This document shows, piece after piece, positions 31,668 to 41,579 of a DNA stretch of 64,000 nucleotides. The position numbers and the translations under genes are program-made. Numbering within the stretch: the first letter of the stretch is position 1; each line of letters opens with the position of its first letter. Source of the stretch: an uncultured Verrucomicrobiae bacterium (lineage in GTDB: Bacteria > Verrucomicrobiota > Verrucomicrobiia > Limisphaerales > JAFGQR01); assembly GCA_963788655.1 (NCBI GenBank), contig CAWBHS010000065.1:1-64000 (forward strand), in the 5' to 3' direction. The notes beneath the pieces are model-generated. The model made no database searches and was not told the DNA's origin. It saw only the letters and a list, made by a program, of their open reading frames with translations.

Positions 31668-33488
31668 CTACTGGTTCCCTGCCAGCCGGGTGATTTGTTC
31701 CACTTCCTGGTCCAGCGTTGGCACCCAGGTCTGGCCGGACGCCTTTTGGGTTTGCTGTGCCTCGAGGAACCATTTCTTGGCCGCTGAGTAATTGTGAAGT
31801 TTCCAATAGGCCACCCCAATGGCGCGGGTGAGGTGGGTCACATTTTCCTGGCGAACCCGCTCATAGCTATGGGTGCGGGCCAGGCGAAGTCCCTGTTGAA
31901 ATTGGGCAATGGCTTCTTCGGGCCGGCCCCGGTTTACCAGGATCATGCCCCGGCGCATGAACAGGTTCGGCGTGTTGACTGTGCCGCGTCGGGCGACCGC
32001 CAGTTCAAATTGCTCCCAGGCCAAATCCCACAAGTGGTCGCGATAGGCCGTGGACTCGGTTTTGGTTTGGACCTTGCCTTCCCATTCAGCCTTGAGGCTG
32101 GCCACCTGCGCCGCGTTGGTCATTACCGCTTCCGCCAGCGTGAGTTCACGCGGCAAATCCACGGCCTGGTTAGCAGTGAGGAACTGGTTCATGCGATCGC
32201 CGGCCTCCTGGTAAACGGTCCCCAAATACTCATTGTTTTGGTAGGCACGGGATTTGGCGGTGGCGGCATACCACACGGAACGGGGATCGTTCCATTCATT
32301 CAAATAGAGCCGCGTCTTGCCGGCCCAAAGGCCCGCCACGCACAGGAAGGCAATCCCGTAACTCCAACGATTCGACTCCGGCCGGACCGCGCTGCGAGTA
32401 ATCGCCTCGGCCAACAACAGGCATAAGCCCACGGACGGCAGGAACAAGTAGCGATCGGTGATGGGGGTGATGAAGCTGAAGACCATGGGTGGGATCAGTT
32501 GGATCAGAATCCAATACCACAACATCATCGCCACCGGATTCAACAAACGGTGCAATAGCAGCGGCCCCAGCCAGGCGAAGGCGACGAGGACAATGACCAC
32601 GACATTGACGGGAAAGGTGAGTTGTTCCGCACTGAGGGTTGGCCGGTACAACACGTAATCACCCAAGCCGGTCAACAGCCATAAATTCGAAATCTGATTG
32701 GCGGCCAGCACCGCCAGGTCGTAGGACCGGCGAGTGTCGGGCTGGGCGCCCATGGTCGGCAACGCAAATAGAATGGTGATCAGCCCAAAGGGTATCTTGT
32801 CCAGCAACAGCGACCATCCGCGCCGTTTTTCGACGAAGAAATCCCAACCGACCATGACCGCCGGCAGCAAGACCACGGACTGTTTGCCGGCAGTTGCCAG
32901 CAGGAAACCAACGATGCTCGCGGCATAGAACCACTTGGCAAATCGGGTTTGCCGGCGATAGAGCAAATACAAGGTCATGGTCAGCACGCCAAACGCGGTG
33001 GCCACCAGGTCCTTCCGACTGGACAGCCAGGCCACCACTTCGACGTGGGCCGGGTGGACCAGGAACAGCAGCGCGGCCCCCGCCGACATGACCAAGTTGG
33101 GCCGGATGGTGAATGCCAGGCAGTAAACCATGCAAACCGCAAAGCCATTCCACAGCACGTTGGAAAGGTGCATGGCGAACGCATCTTTGCCGCCGGCCAA
33201 TAAAACGTCCAAACTGTAGCTTAGCAGGTGGAGCGGCGAGAAATTTGCAAAATAGGGTGCGCTACAAATCCGGACCAGGTTGGCGACAGCGAACGAGTTG
33301 ATGTACGGATTGTTGACGACGTAATCGGGATCATCCAGCGAGAAGAATCCCAAGCGCAACGCTGGCCAGTAAAGGGCCAAGTTGGCCAACAGCAATCCAC
33401 CGATGATGGCCAAATGCCATTCCCACCGCACCTGGTTCTTCGAGGCGGCGGCAACTGATGCTTTTCGTTTGGTGCGCTTGCGTTTCAC
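31668..33488 (-). CDS. TMTC-like (GT-C fold) membrane glycosyltransferase with C-terminal TPRs; start uncertain
   Basis: LDDPDYVVNNP, HPAHVEVVAWLSSRKDL, DRYLFLP, many TM segments, TPR-like C-terminus. Confidence 0.75.
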   Translation of the reverse strand: MKRKRTKRKASVAAASKNQVRWEWHLAIIGGLLLANLALYWPALRLGFFSLDDPDYVVNNPYINSFAVANLVRICSAPYFANFSPLHLLSYSLDVLLAGGKDAFAMHLSNVLWNGFAVCMVYCLAFTIRPNLVMSAGAALLFLVHPAHVEVVAWLSSRKDLVATAFGVLTMTLYLLYRRQTRFAKWFYAASIVGFLLATAGKQSVVLLPAVMVGWDFFVEKRRGWSLLLDKIPFGLITILFALPTMGAQPDTRRSYDLAVLAANQISNLWLLTGLGDYVLYRPTLSAEQLTFPVNVVVIVLVAFAWLGPLLLHRLLNPVAMMLWYWILIQLIPPMVFSFITPITDRYLFLPSVGLCLLLAEAITRSAVRPESNRWSYGIAFLCVAGLWAGKTRLYLNEWNDPRSVWYAATAKSRAYQNNEYLGTVYQEAGDRMNQFLTANQAVDLPRELTLAEAVMTNAAQVASLKAEWEGKVQTKTESTAYRDHLWDLAWEQFELAVARRGTVNTPNLFMRRGMILVNRGRPEEAIAQFQQGLRLARTHSYERVRQENVTHLTRAIGVAYWKLHNYSAAKKWFLEAQQTQKASGQTWVPTLDQEVEQITRLAGNQ

Positions 33489-33829
33489 GATTGTGCTCGG
33501 GCTTGTTCCATACCGATAGACCTCCGGGAGCGCGAGCAGAATTGTAACGACCACCGGAAAGGAATCAGGCGGAGCCGCGGGACAAAGTGACAATCCGAGT
33601 CCCGAAATCCAAGGTCTGCAAGCAGGGTTCCCCCCACCGAAAACTCCTTAAGCTCTGGGACTGGTTGCCGAAGTTTACTTTGAATAGACGCGATTCCAGC
33701 GAATTGAGTCCGAGGACAGTGATGCGTTGGAATACCAATGGAAGCAGTAAAACCGTCCTCCATGCGCGGCGGAACCATCCGCCACCGACCTGGCAGTTGG
33801 CATGGAAGACGACATTCGAAGTCTAAGTT

Positions 33830-35041
33830 ATGCCGTCATACGTTTACGTCGCGAGAGAAACGGGGAGCGGACGAGAAATTCGCAACAGCCTCGAGGCTGC
33901 CTCCGAGCAGGCGGCCATCGCCGCCCTGCTGAATCGCAATTTGCTCGTCGTCTCCATCCAGGAGCGCATCGGTAAAAAGGGTAAAACCTCCGGAGGCAAG
34001 GTCAACCTGGCGGATCTGGTGGTATTCACCCGCCAATTGGCCACCATGATCGACGCCGGTCTGGCCATGGTGCAATCATTGCAGGCGCTGGCCGACCAGA
34101 CCAAGAACAAGGCGATGCGCGATGTCATCCGCGACGTTTGCACCCGGGTCGAAGGGGGCGACAGTTTTTCCGAAGCCCTGAGCAAGCATCCCAAGGTGTT
34201 CGCCCGGCTTTACGTGTGCATGGTGGGCGCCGGCGAGCGGGGCGGTTTGTTGTCGGAGATTCTCAGCCGCCTGGCCACTTACCTGGAAAATGCGGCGCGC
34301 CTGCGCAAGAAGGTCAAATCGGCCATGATGTATCCGACGGTCGTCACGATTGTGGCCATCGGGATCACCATTTTCCTGCTGATCAAAGTCGTGCCGGTGT
34401 TCGGGGACGTTTACAAAGGCTTCGGGGCGAAATTGCCCGCTCCGACGATGGCGTTGCTGGCAGTCAGCAACGCAACCCAGAAGTACATTCTCTACATTCT
34501 CCCGGCCATCATCGGTATGGTTTACGCCTGGATTGCCTACATCAAGACCGCTTCGGGACGCGAGTTTTGGGATCGCCTCCGCATTAAGCTGCCGATCTTC
34601 GGTTCGATTGCCCACAAGATTTGTCTGGGCCGGTTCACGCGCACCCTGGCGTCGCTGATCCGCAGCGGCGTGCCCATCCTTGAAGTGCTGCAAATCGTCT
34701 CCAACACCGTCGGCAACGTGATCATGGAGAAAGCGGTGCGGGCGTCGGCGGCCGATATCGAGCGTGGCGAAAGCATTTCGTCTTCGCTGGGCAAGCATCA
34801 GATCTTTCCCTCGATGATCATCCGGATGGTGACCGCCGGCGAACAGACCGGCAAGATCGAGCAGATGTTGGAACAGATCGCCGATTTTCTGGACGAAGAA
34901 ATGGAAACGACTTTGTCCGGTTTGACCTCTCTCATCGAACCCTTGTTGATCGTGTTTCTGGGCGTGACGGTGGGCGGTATCGCCATCTGCATGTTCCTGC
35001 CGATCTTCAAGATGAGCGAAATCATCAATCCGCCTAAATGA
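33830..35041 (+). CDS. pilC: Type IV pilus/T2SS inner-membrane platform protein (PilC/GspF family)
   Basis: FTRQLATMIDAGL, AGERGG, SAMMYP, AGEQTGKI, LIEPLLIV. Confidence 0.92.
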   Translation: MPSYVYVARETGSGREIRNSLEAASEQAAIAALLNRNLLVVSIQERIGKKGKTSGGKVNLADLVVFTRQLATMIDAGLAMVQSLQALADQTKNKAMRDVIRDVCTRVEGGDSFSEALSKHPKVFARLYVCMVGAGERGGLLSEILSRLATYLENAARLRKKVKSAMMYPTVVTIVAIGITIFLLIKVVPVFGDVYKGFGAKLPAPTMALLAVSNATQKYILYILPAIIGMVYAWIAYIKTASGREFWDRLRIKLPIFGSIAHKICLGRFTRTLASLIRSGVPILEVLQIVSNTVGNVIMEKAVRASAADIERGESISSSLGKHQIFPSMIIRMVTAGEQTGKIEQMLEQIADFLDEEMETTLSGLTSLIEPLLIVFLGVTVGGIAICMFLPIFKMSEIINPPK

Positions 35042-35080
35042 CGGTGACGGCCGCGAGTCGCCAGGAACTCGCGCGGATGA

Positions 35081-35114
35081 AATTGGAGTCCGGACGCGAG
35101 TCCGGGCTCCAATT
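35081..35114. terminator. Hairpin between convergent pilC and pafA (probable bidirectional terminator)
   Basis: AATTGGAGTCCGGAC-GCGA-GTCCGGGCTCCAATT: 15-bp stem with a GNRA loop. Confidence 0.6.
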
Positions 35115-35117
35115 GGT

Positions 35118-36463
35118 TTAGGGTTGGAAGGGATTGAGCATCCGAATGCGCCGGTCGTTGCCCAGTTCAACCGCTTCCCAATCGAGGAAATAGGAACACT
35201 TTTTGTCCAGGATTTCGTGCATCAACCGGCTGCGCAAATGGGCCCGCGAATTGGGGGGCGGCCGCGTCATCGCCTGGCGCAAGCCCGCGGCCGGCCACAA
35301 ATCGCCGGGTTCGGCCATGGCGATTCCCAAACTCCGCTTCGGGTGAATCTGGTGAAACTCGAGATCCTGTGACTCGAGCCAGGGATCGCCCCATTCCAAC
35401 CCTTCGCGGGTGCAGAATTCACGGAACAGATATTCCTTGCTCACCCAATCCAACTTACCCACCAACGTCAGGGGATCCGCGGCGAGACTTTCAATGACCT
35501 GGCCCCAGAGCGTGAGCAACGCGTCGGTTTCCGTGTCCCGCCCCTGGAAATTTCTTTTGGCCTTTTGATATACACCTCGAGGAGTTCGAGCGCATCGGCC
35601 GGTTTGCCATCGGCCAGCGTCACACTCCAGGGCGGCCGCAAATTGCGCGAGAGCGTCCGCAGCGAGGTGACGGCGTCCAACAGGGCCAGTTCCGGCAAAT
35701 CGTCGGCGTCCAGGAGGTCCAACACGAGACGGGTGGTGCCGACTTTCAGGAACAAAGCCCGCGGTAGCACATTGCTGTCGCCGTGAATGAGGTGCAACCG
35801 ACGGAACAACCGCGGATCGGCCAAGGGTTCGTCGCGCGTGTTAATGATGGCGCGATTGTGTTGCACCCACTCGAAGAAATCATTTTGGATGTAGTCGGCC
35901 CGCTGGCTGATTTGAAAGAGAGCCGGATTCTCGCGCATCACAATTTCACCGCGGAACCGGGTTGGCCGGATGGCTCCCACCCTGCCCGAGCCGGAATAGA
36001 GGACCCGCAACGTCAGAAAGGCCAGCAAGGACAACACGTTCTTCTCGTGCAGCGGCGCCTTGCGGTCGAGGGAATAATTCTCATGACAACCAAACGTCGC
36101 CCCGGTGTGATGATCGACATTGTTGCGGATGATGCTGACGCGAGTTTCCAGACCCAAGTCGCGCACGGCTTCGAGCAGAAGCATGTCGCCGGCCCGATCG
36201 TAATGCACAACTTCGGTGGCGGTGGTACATTCCGGGGTGCAATACTCCAGGTGCCCCATGTCGATGTAAACCCGGCCCCCGTTGAAAAGAAATCCTCCGT
36301 TGCCGGCCGGTTCATCCCAATCCCGGTCATGCCGGTCAATCAAACCGTAGCGGTGTTTTTCGAACAACCAGTCCCGAATGCGCGGCAGGAGATCCGACGC
36401 CTGGACGGGCGGCTCGACCAAACATCCGTATTCAGTTTCAATGCCTGTAATGCGACGTGACAT
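35118..36463 (-). CDS. pafA: Pup/UBact-protein ligase (PafA-like); frameshift near 35570
   Basis: GIETEYG, FLFNGGRVYID, EYCTPEC, FGCHENY, ISQRAD, IINTRDEP, RRLHLIHGDSN. C-terminus (LDWVSK, DLEFH) lies in ORF 35118..35519. Confidence 0.9.
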
Positions 36464-36598
36464 GTTTCAAAGACTTACGGGCCCTGCCCTTTTGGTGACA
36501 AGCCCGGACTCCCACAATCGTTCCCTTGCGCCGGCCACGGGTGAGTTCCTGCCGCGCACGCCCCGTTTCGTTCTTTGGGTGAAACAAGTCGGGGTTGG

Positions 36599-37312
36599 TT
36601 ACCCGAGCTTCAATTCCTGATATTGCACCGAGCCGGCGCGTTGCCGATCCAACCACCCGGCTTCCACCGTCTTACCCGAGATCGACAGCAGCGGCTCGGA
36701 CGGCAGAGCCAATTCAGCGAAGGTTTTGCCTTCCGTCACTGCTTGCCAGGCGGTCAGGCAGGCGGAGGCGACTTGGTCCAGGGAATCCTTGGCCCGCAGA
36801 TGTTCCTGGAGCCAGCGGGTGGCATCTTCTTCCACTTTGGGATCGCTGCACGCCACCAGCACGCCGGAGGTTTCATAACGGTGGTTGCCGTCAAAGTGCA
36901 GACGCACCAGCACGTCCTGCTCCGGCGATTCCCCCAGTTCGGCAAAAACGGCTTCGACGATTAGCGGCGGCGAAAAGATCTGTTCGAAACTATTCTTGAA
37001 CGAAGGACTCAGCGCAAAACTGATCAGGCGGCGCAACGTGACGTCTTTGGGCGACCGGGTGAAGCCCTCGAGATGAGCCGCTTCAATGGCCGACTGACGG
37101 ACTTTCTCGATGTCCACCGGATGGCCAAGCGCCGCAAAACCGTGCCGGTTGTAAATCTCGAACACTTTGGAATGCCCGTGCCCAACGCCCAGCAGCAAAA
37201 TGCCGGTCGGTCGGGAGACCGCAAACACCGGTGTGCCGCCTTTGAGTTGCTCGCGGATGTACTCCCGGCGATTGCCGATGGCCTCCAACCAACGATACGG
37301 TTCTTCGGTCAT
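36599..37312 (-). CDS. prcA: 20S proteasome alpha subunit
   Basis: RREYIREQL..G, KVFEIYNR.GFAALG, YxRxDV-like FTRSPKDVT; ATGA overlap with prcB. Confidence 0.85.
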   Translation of the reverse strand: MTEEPYRWLEAIGNRREYIREQLKGGTPVFAVSRPTGILLLGVGHGHSKVFEIYNRHGFAALGHPVDIEKVRQSAIEAAHLEGFTRSPKDVTLRRLISFALSPSFKNSFEQIFSPPLIVEAVFAELGESPEQDVLVRLHFDGNHRYETSGVLVACSDPKVEEDATRWLQEHLRAKDSLDQVASACLTAWQAVTEGKTFAELALPSEPLLSISGKTVEAGWLDRQRAGSVQYQELKLG

Positions 37313-38067
37313 GACTGGGATTCTTTCCAAAACCGGGCCTGCTCCTCCGGGCTGATCGAGCGGACTCCCTCGCGCGACAACACTTTGATGGTGGCAAACA
37401 ACTTCCGATCCGGGTGAACGCCGCCGGTGGCCGTGTCAAATTCCGCCGCGGTCATCAGCAGGCGATTGGCCAAACTGCAAGCCGGTCCTAAGGCCATCTC
37501 TTCCGGTCGCGGTTTCCCCCATTTCTCCAGGTAGTGAAGGACGCTCTTGATGCTGGCGGAACCGGAACCGCTGCCGGCGTATTGAGCCGCTTCAAACTGG
37601 GCGCCCAACGGATCGTAAAATTGAATTACCGGTTTGGCATCAGGCTCGTTGACCTCGACCCCGGCAAAAATCGGAGAAACCGCCCCAAAGCCTTGAATGG
37701 TCGCCGGAATGTTATCGCGGAGCAATTTGGACAACGCCCGAATTTTGGCCGGCACACTCATGGATTGCAACTGGCTGCGGCGATAAAACTCGAAGGTGGT
37801 TTGCAGCGTGCGCGCCATTTCGAACGCGGTGGCCGGCACGCCCGCAATTGCCATGAGCGAGTGCGAATCCAACTCCAGGATCTTGTCCGTCTTGTCGGAG
37901 AAGATCAGGTTACCGGCCGTGGCCCGATGGTCGCCGGCGATCACCACTCCATCGGCACAATGGAAGGCAAACACCGTCGTCGCCTCCAACGGCAACGGTC
38001 CACCGCTCGGCACCCCGAGCGCCGGCAGTGGGTTCTTCGGCAGCAAGGCCAGAAAATCGCCGTTCAT
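37309..38067 (-). CDS. prcB: 20S proteasome beta subunit
   Basis: Short propeptide then TTVFAF, AGDHRATAGN, DKI, YDPLG, GSGS, DTATGG (Ntn-hydrolase motifs). Confidence 0.9.
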   Translation of the reverse strand: MNGDFLALLPKNPLPALGVPSGGPLPLEATTVFAFHCADGVVIAGDHRATAGNLIFSDKTDKILELDSHSLMAIAGVPATAFEMARTLQTTFEFYRRSQLQSMSVPAKIRALSKLLRDNIPATIQGFGAVSPIFAGVEVNEPDAKPVIQFYDPLGAQFEAAQYAGSGSGSASIKSVLHYLEKWGKPRPEEMALGPACSLANRLLMTAAEFDTATGGVHPDRKLFATIKVLSREGVRSISPEEQARFWKESQS

Positions 38068-38236
38068 TGCCCCGTGCGCTGGCGATAGCGTCGGGCCTGG
38101 TCCGGATCCACCTTGCGCATGCGCTTCAGCAACTCCTCGGTGTTGGGTTTATCGACTTGCGGGGCGCGTGGCCCGTCACCCCTCCTCCCCCGGGTGCCGG
38201 AGCGGTCGGACGTGGTTTTTGAATTCTTTCTGGCAT
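38064..38236 (-). CDS. ubact: Prokaryotic ubiquitin-like protein UBact (about 57 aa; 1-nt indel in a G-run near 38180)
   Basis: Hand translation, adding one G: MPERIQKPRPTAPAPGGGGGDGPRAPQVDKPNTEELLKRMRKVDPDQARRYRQRTGQ*. The stop overlaps the prcB ATG, and the gene sits between dop and prcB. Confidence 0.88.
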
Positions 38237-38255
38237 ACAGTTAACTACTACATCA

Positions 38256-39776
38256 CTAAAGCACCTTTGCAAAGTTCAGGTGGATTAAATCTTCCACCGC
38301 CTCGGCAGCGCTGATGACCTTCAAACTCTGTCGGACCTGGATCGGATCGAACAAATTGCGCAGATCCAGTTCAACGCGTTGCCGACTGCCGCGCAGCAAC
38401 AGGTAGTCCCATTGCGTGGCTTCCACCGCGCTACCGAATTTCTCAATGCAACGGCCGCGTACCGCCGCGCGGGTGGTATGCGGCGGGCACATGCTGTGAT
38501 GAGAAATCTCCGGCAGCGAATACGGGAGCCGAAAGGCCTTCTGGCCCATCAAGCCGTAGAATAGACCCAGGTCGCGATCCAGTTGGTGATAGGTCAGGTC
38601 GAGGCTGCGCAACCACGGATCCTCCGGGGACAGATGCTCCAATTCACGGAATTGCTCGACAAGTTTGTATTTGGCCGCCCAGTCCAGGCGATCGGCAGTG
38701 GCCAATGGATCACGTTCCAAGTCGCCCAAGATTTCCTCCCAGGCCTGGATCAGTTGGCGCCAGTCGGCATCAAGGTCGGGACAAAATTCCTTCACCAGTT
38801 CCACGTAGCGTTGCTGCACGGCGAGCGCCGTAGTTGGTCGGCCTTCAGCTTCCTGGCAGTGCCACTTCCACGTCGTGTCACGGGAGATGCGTTTCAGGGT
38901 CTGAAGCGGATCGCCGAGATCGGGTACGCGTTCGACGGGTGCGCCGTTCAGCAGGGCCTGCAATACCAGGGCGGTAGTGCCGATCTTCAAATAGGTCGAA
39001 TAAAACGACAAATTGGCATCGCCAATGATCACGTGGAAGCGGCGGTACACCTCGTTGTTGGCGTGCGGTTCGTCGCGGGTATTGATGATCGGCCGGCGCT
39101 GCATTGTGTCCACACTTTGCAACTCGGAGAAGAAGTCGCTGCGCTGCGAAATTTGGAAACCCGGACCGAGGAACTTGTCTTCGTCTTCCCAGCCGAACTT
39201 GCCGGCGCCGCAATAAATCTGGCGCGTAATCAGGAAGGCGAGCACGCCTTGTGTCAGCCGGTCCCAGGTCAAGGTGCGGGGCATCAGATAATTCTCGTGG
39301 CAGCCGTAGCTATGCCCCCGAAAGTCGGTGTTGTTCTTGTAGAGCACCACCGGGTTGTCCGAGCCTTGACTCACCACGCGGGCGCATTCCAGCAGCAGGC
39401 AGTCGCCCTGGTAGTCCTGCTGCAGAATTTCGAGCAACGTGCTGCACTCGGGCGTGCAATACTCGGGGTGGGCATGATCGTTGTAAAAGCGGCCGCCATT
39501 GCGCAGCACCATGTCGCTCTTGATTTCGTGGAAGGTGAGCGAGCGTTGGGCATCCTGCGCAAAGTAATGATTTTCGTCGCGGTCCTGGAGCAGTTCTTTG
39601 ACCCGGAATCCACGAGCGTCGCAGTGAGGATCTTCGCAATTGTAATCCCAGCGCATCCGTACCCCCGGCGCTTTGGTGGCCCGAACCAACGCGATGGACT
39701 CGGCCACGACATCCACTTCCGCGGGCTGCTGGCGGGAGATGCCGATCTCTGTTTCAATGCCGAATTGAATATCCAT
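38256..39776 (-). CDS. dop: Deamidase/depupylase Dop-like (PafA2 family)
   Basis: FGIETEIG, Dop-loop-like WDYNCEDPHCDARGF, NGGRFYNDHAHPEY, KNNTD..GHSYGCHENY, RPIINTRDEPH, RRFHVIIGDAN. Confidence 0.9.
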   Translation of the reverse strand: MDIQFGIETEIGISRQQPAEVDVVAESIALVRATKAPGVRMRWDYNCEDPHCDARGFRVKELLQDRDENHYFAQDAQRSLTFHEIKSDMVLRNGGRFYNDHAHPEYCTPECSTLLEILQQDYQGDCLLLECARVVSQGSDNPVVLYKNNTDFRGHSYGCHENYLMPRTLTWDRLTQGVLAFLITRQIYCGAGKFGWEDEDKFLGPGFQISQRSDFFSELQSVDTMQRRPIINTRDEPHANNEVYRRFHVIIGDANLSFYSTYLKIGTTALVLQALLNGAPVERVPDLGDPLQTLKRISRDTTWKWHCQEAEGRPTTALAVQQRYVELVKEFCPDLDADWRQLIQAWEEILGDLERDPLATADRLDWAAKYKLVEQFRELEHLSPEDPWLRSLDLTYHQLDRDLGLFYGLMGQKAFRLPYSLPEISHHSMCPPHTTRAAVRGRCIEKFGSAVEATQWDYLLLRGSRQRVELDLRNLFDPIQVRQSLKVISAAEAVEDLIHLNFAKVL

Positions 39777-39881
39777 AAAATCTGGTGCTGGCGCGAAAGG
39801 TTTCCTTGGGCCGCCAGTATAGGGGATTTGACGGAGCCGGAAGTGCCGCATTCATTCCCATCAAACCAGGCAATCCATGCG

Positions 39882-41579
39882 CTAAATTGTTCCGGACGAG
39901 TTGGTGGAGTCCGCGGTGCGATACGGCGCGAGTCGCACGACATTGCCCGGATCAAAATCCGTCAGTTTAAGCCAGTCCTCCGTGATGTCGCTAGGCGGGA
40001 ACAGATCGTTTTCGCGATATTCGCAGTTTAGCGCTTGCTGCAAATCCTGGAGGGCTAACGGCGACTCCGTCTTGACCGCAATAGACCGCTTGATGGCGTA
40101 TTCCTTGGCCCGTTCGACAATTGCCGCAATGATGGCTCCGCTGGCCAGATCGCCACGGAATAAATAGTCGTGTTTGCCACTGCGGTAGGTGATGTCCAAA
40201 AACCGGTTGTCCTCCGATTTGGCATAGTGCTGGTCGGCGATCTTCTTCACCAATTCCGGCTGCGGTGTTTCCAACGGCAGATCGGACGTCAGGTAAATCC
40301 GGTATATTTCCTCCGCCGCTTCCTTGTTTGGACGTTTCACGCGAATCTTCCGGTCAATGCGCCCCGGACGCAAGATGGCGGGATCGATCAAGTCGGCGCG
40401 ATTGGACGCCAAGATCACCACGACGTTTTGCAGCGGTTCCAAGCCGTCCATCTCCGTGCAGAACATCGGCACGAGCGTGGACAGAATACTGGTTCCGCCG
40501 CGGAGCGCGTGCCGGGTGCCCAAGATGGATTCGGCTTCATCAATGAACAGAAAGGCCAGGTGGCCTTCGGCGGCTTTCTCGCGGCACTGGGCAAACAGGT
40601 CGCGCACCTGCCGCTCCGATTCGCCCAGCCACATGTTGAGGATTTCCGGACCCTTGACGGTGAGGAAGAATTCCGGGCGATCTTCGCCGGTTTCGGCCTT
40701 GATTTGCTGCCGCAAATTGTGAGCGGTGGCTTTGCCCAACAAGGTTTTGCCGCAACCCGGCGGCCCGTAGAGCAGGAAGCCTTTGGGCACGGGATGATTG
40801 AACCGCTTGAACAAGTGCGCGTGGAGGAACGGCAGTTCGATCGAGTCGCGAATCGCCTCGACCGCTTCCTGTTGTCCTCCAATCTTGTTCCAAGGCAATT
40901 GCTCAACCCGAGCCAGGGTGCGATCGGCGCGCTTGGCGGTGCCAATGATTTCCACCGCCACGCGTTGATTGGCGTCCAAACGCAGGTCAAGTCCGGCTTT
41001 CAATTTCTCTTTCACCAGCAGCGACGAACGCGCGACGATCAGATCGGAAATGCCGGTTTCATTGCCGACCCGCAAACGGCCGTCGGTGAGCAATTCCATA
41101 ACTCGCACCACGGGACCGTTTTGATCGAACTCGAAGGCGTCAATCACGGCAAAGGCTTCATTGAGCAACACCCGTACACCGGTATCGAGGCTGTCCTTGG
41201 GCAACGAAGGATCGACGCTGCAGACGTAATCCGATCCATTCGCGCAAACCAGCGCGCGATCCTTGCCCAACTTTTGGAGCAACGTGCCCAATCGCAACGC
41301 GGGCGACCGGAGTTTTTCCACCGCTTCGCTGAGCTTCTCCACCGCGTGACGGGCCTGGTCCTGGACCTCTTCCATTTCCTGAATCCGCCGCCGTAACAGA
41401 GACATGTCCGCGGACATCGCCCCCTGCAGAGCCATCTTATGGGTAATGAGATCCACCAACTGGAGGGCCGACATCTGTTCGACCTGCTCTTCCGGGACCG
41501 CTTCCTCAATCGCGGGGAACTCAAAATCCGTTGCCCGATGGGTCGCGGACTGTGCTCGGCTCTTGCTCGATTTGTTCAC
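39882..41579 (-). CDS. arc: Proteasomal AAA+ ATPase ARC/Mpa (start uncertain; ORF open to 41663)
   Basis: N-terminal coiled coil and OB-like region, GPPGCGKT, KGPEILNMWLGESE, FIDEAES, SNRADLIDPAILRPGRID, SGAIIAAIVERAK. Confidence 0.92.
   Translation of the reverse strand: MNKSSKSRAQSATHRATDFEFPAIEEAVPEEQVEQMSALQLVDLITHKMALQGAMSADMSLLRRRIQEMEEVQDQARHAVEKLSEAVEKLRSPALRLGTLLQKLGKDRALVCANGSDYVCSVDPSLPKDSLDTGVRVLLNEAFAVIDAFEFDQNGPVVRVMELLTDGRLRVGNETGISDLIVARSSLLVKEKLKAGLDLRLDANQRVAVEIIGTAKRADRTLARVEQLPWNKIGGQQEAVEAIRDSIELPFLHAHLFKRFNHPVPKGFLLYGPPGCGKTLLGKATAHNLRQQIKAETGEDRPEFFLTVKGPEILNMWLGESERQVRDLFAQCREKAAEGHLAFLFIDEAESILGTRHALRGGTSILSTLVPMFCTEMDGLEPLQNVVVILASNRADLIDPAILRPGRIDRKIRVKRPNKEAAEEIYRIYLTSDLPLETPQPELVKKIADQHYAKSEDNRFLDITYRSGKHDYLFRGDLASGAIIAAIVERAKEYAIKRSIAVKTESPLALQDLQQALNCEYRENDLFPPSDITEDWLKLTDFDPGNVVRLAPYRTADSTNSSGTI

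Noticed and set aside
35118..35519. Separate 133-aa gene downstream of pafA
   Set aside because: It encodes the PafA C-terminus and joins the upstream ORF with one indel near 35570.
38583..41396. Long plus-strand ORFs (482 and 408 aa)
   Set aside because: Antisense shadows of dop and arc.
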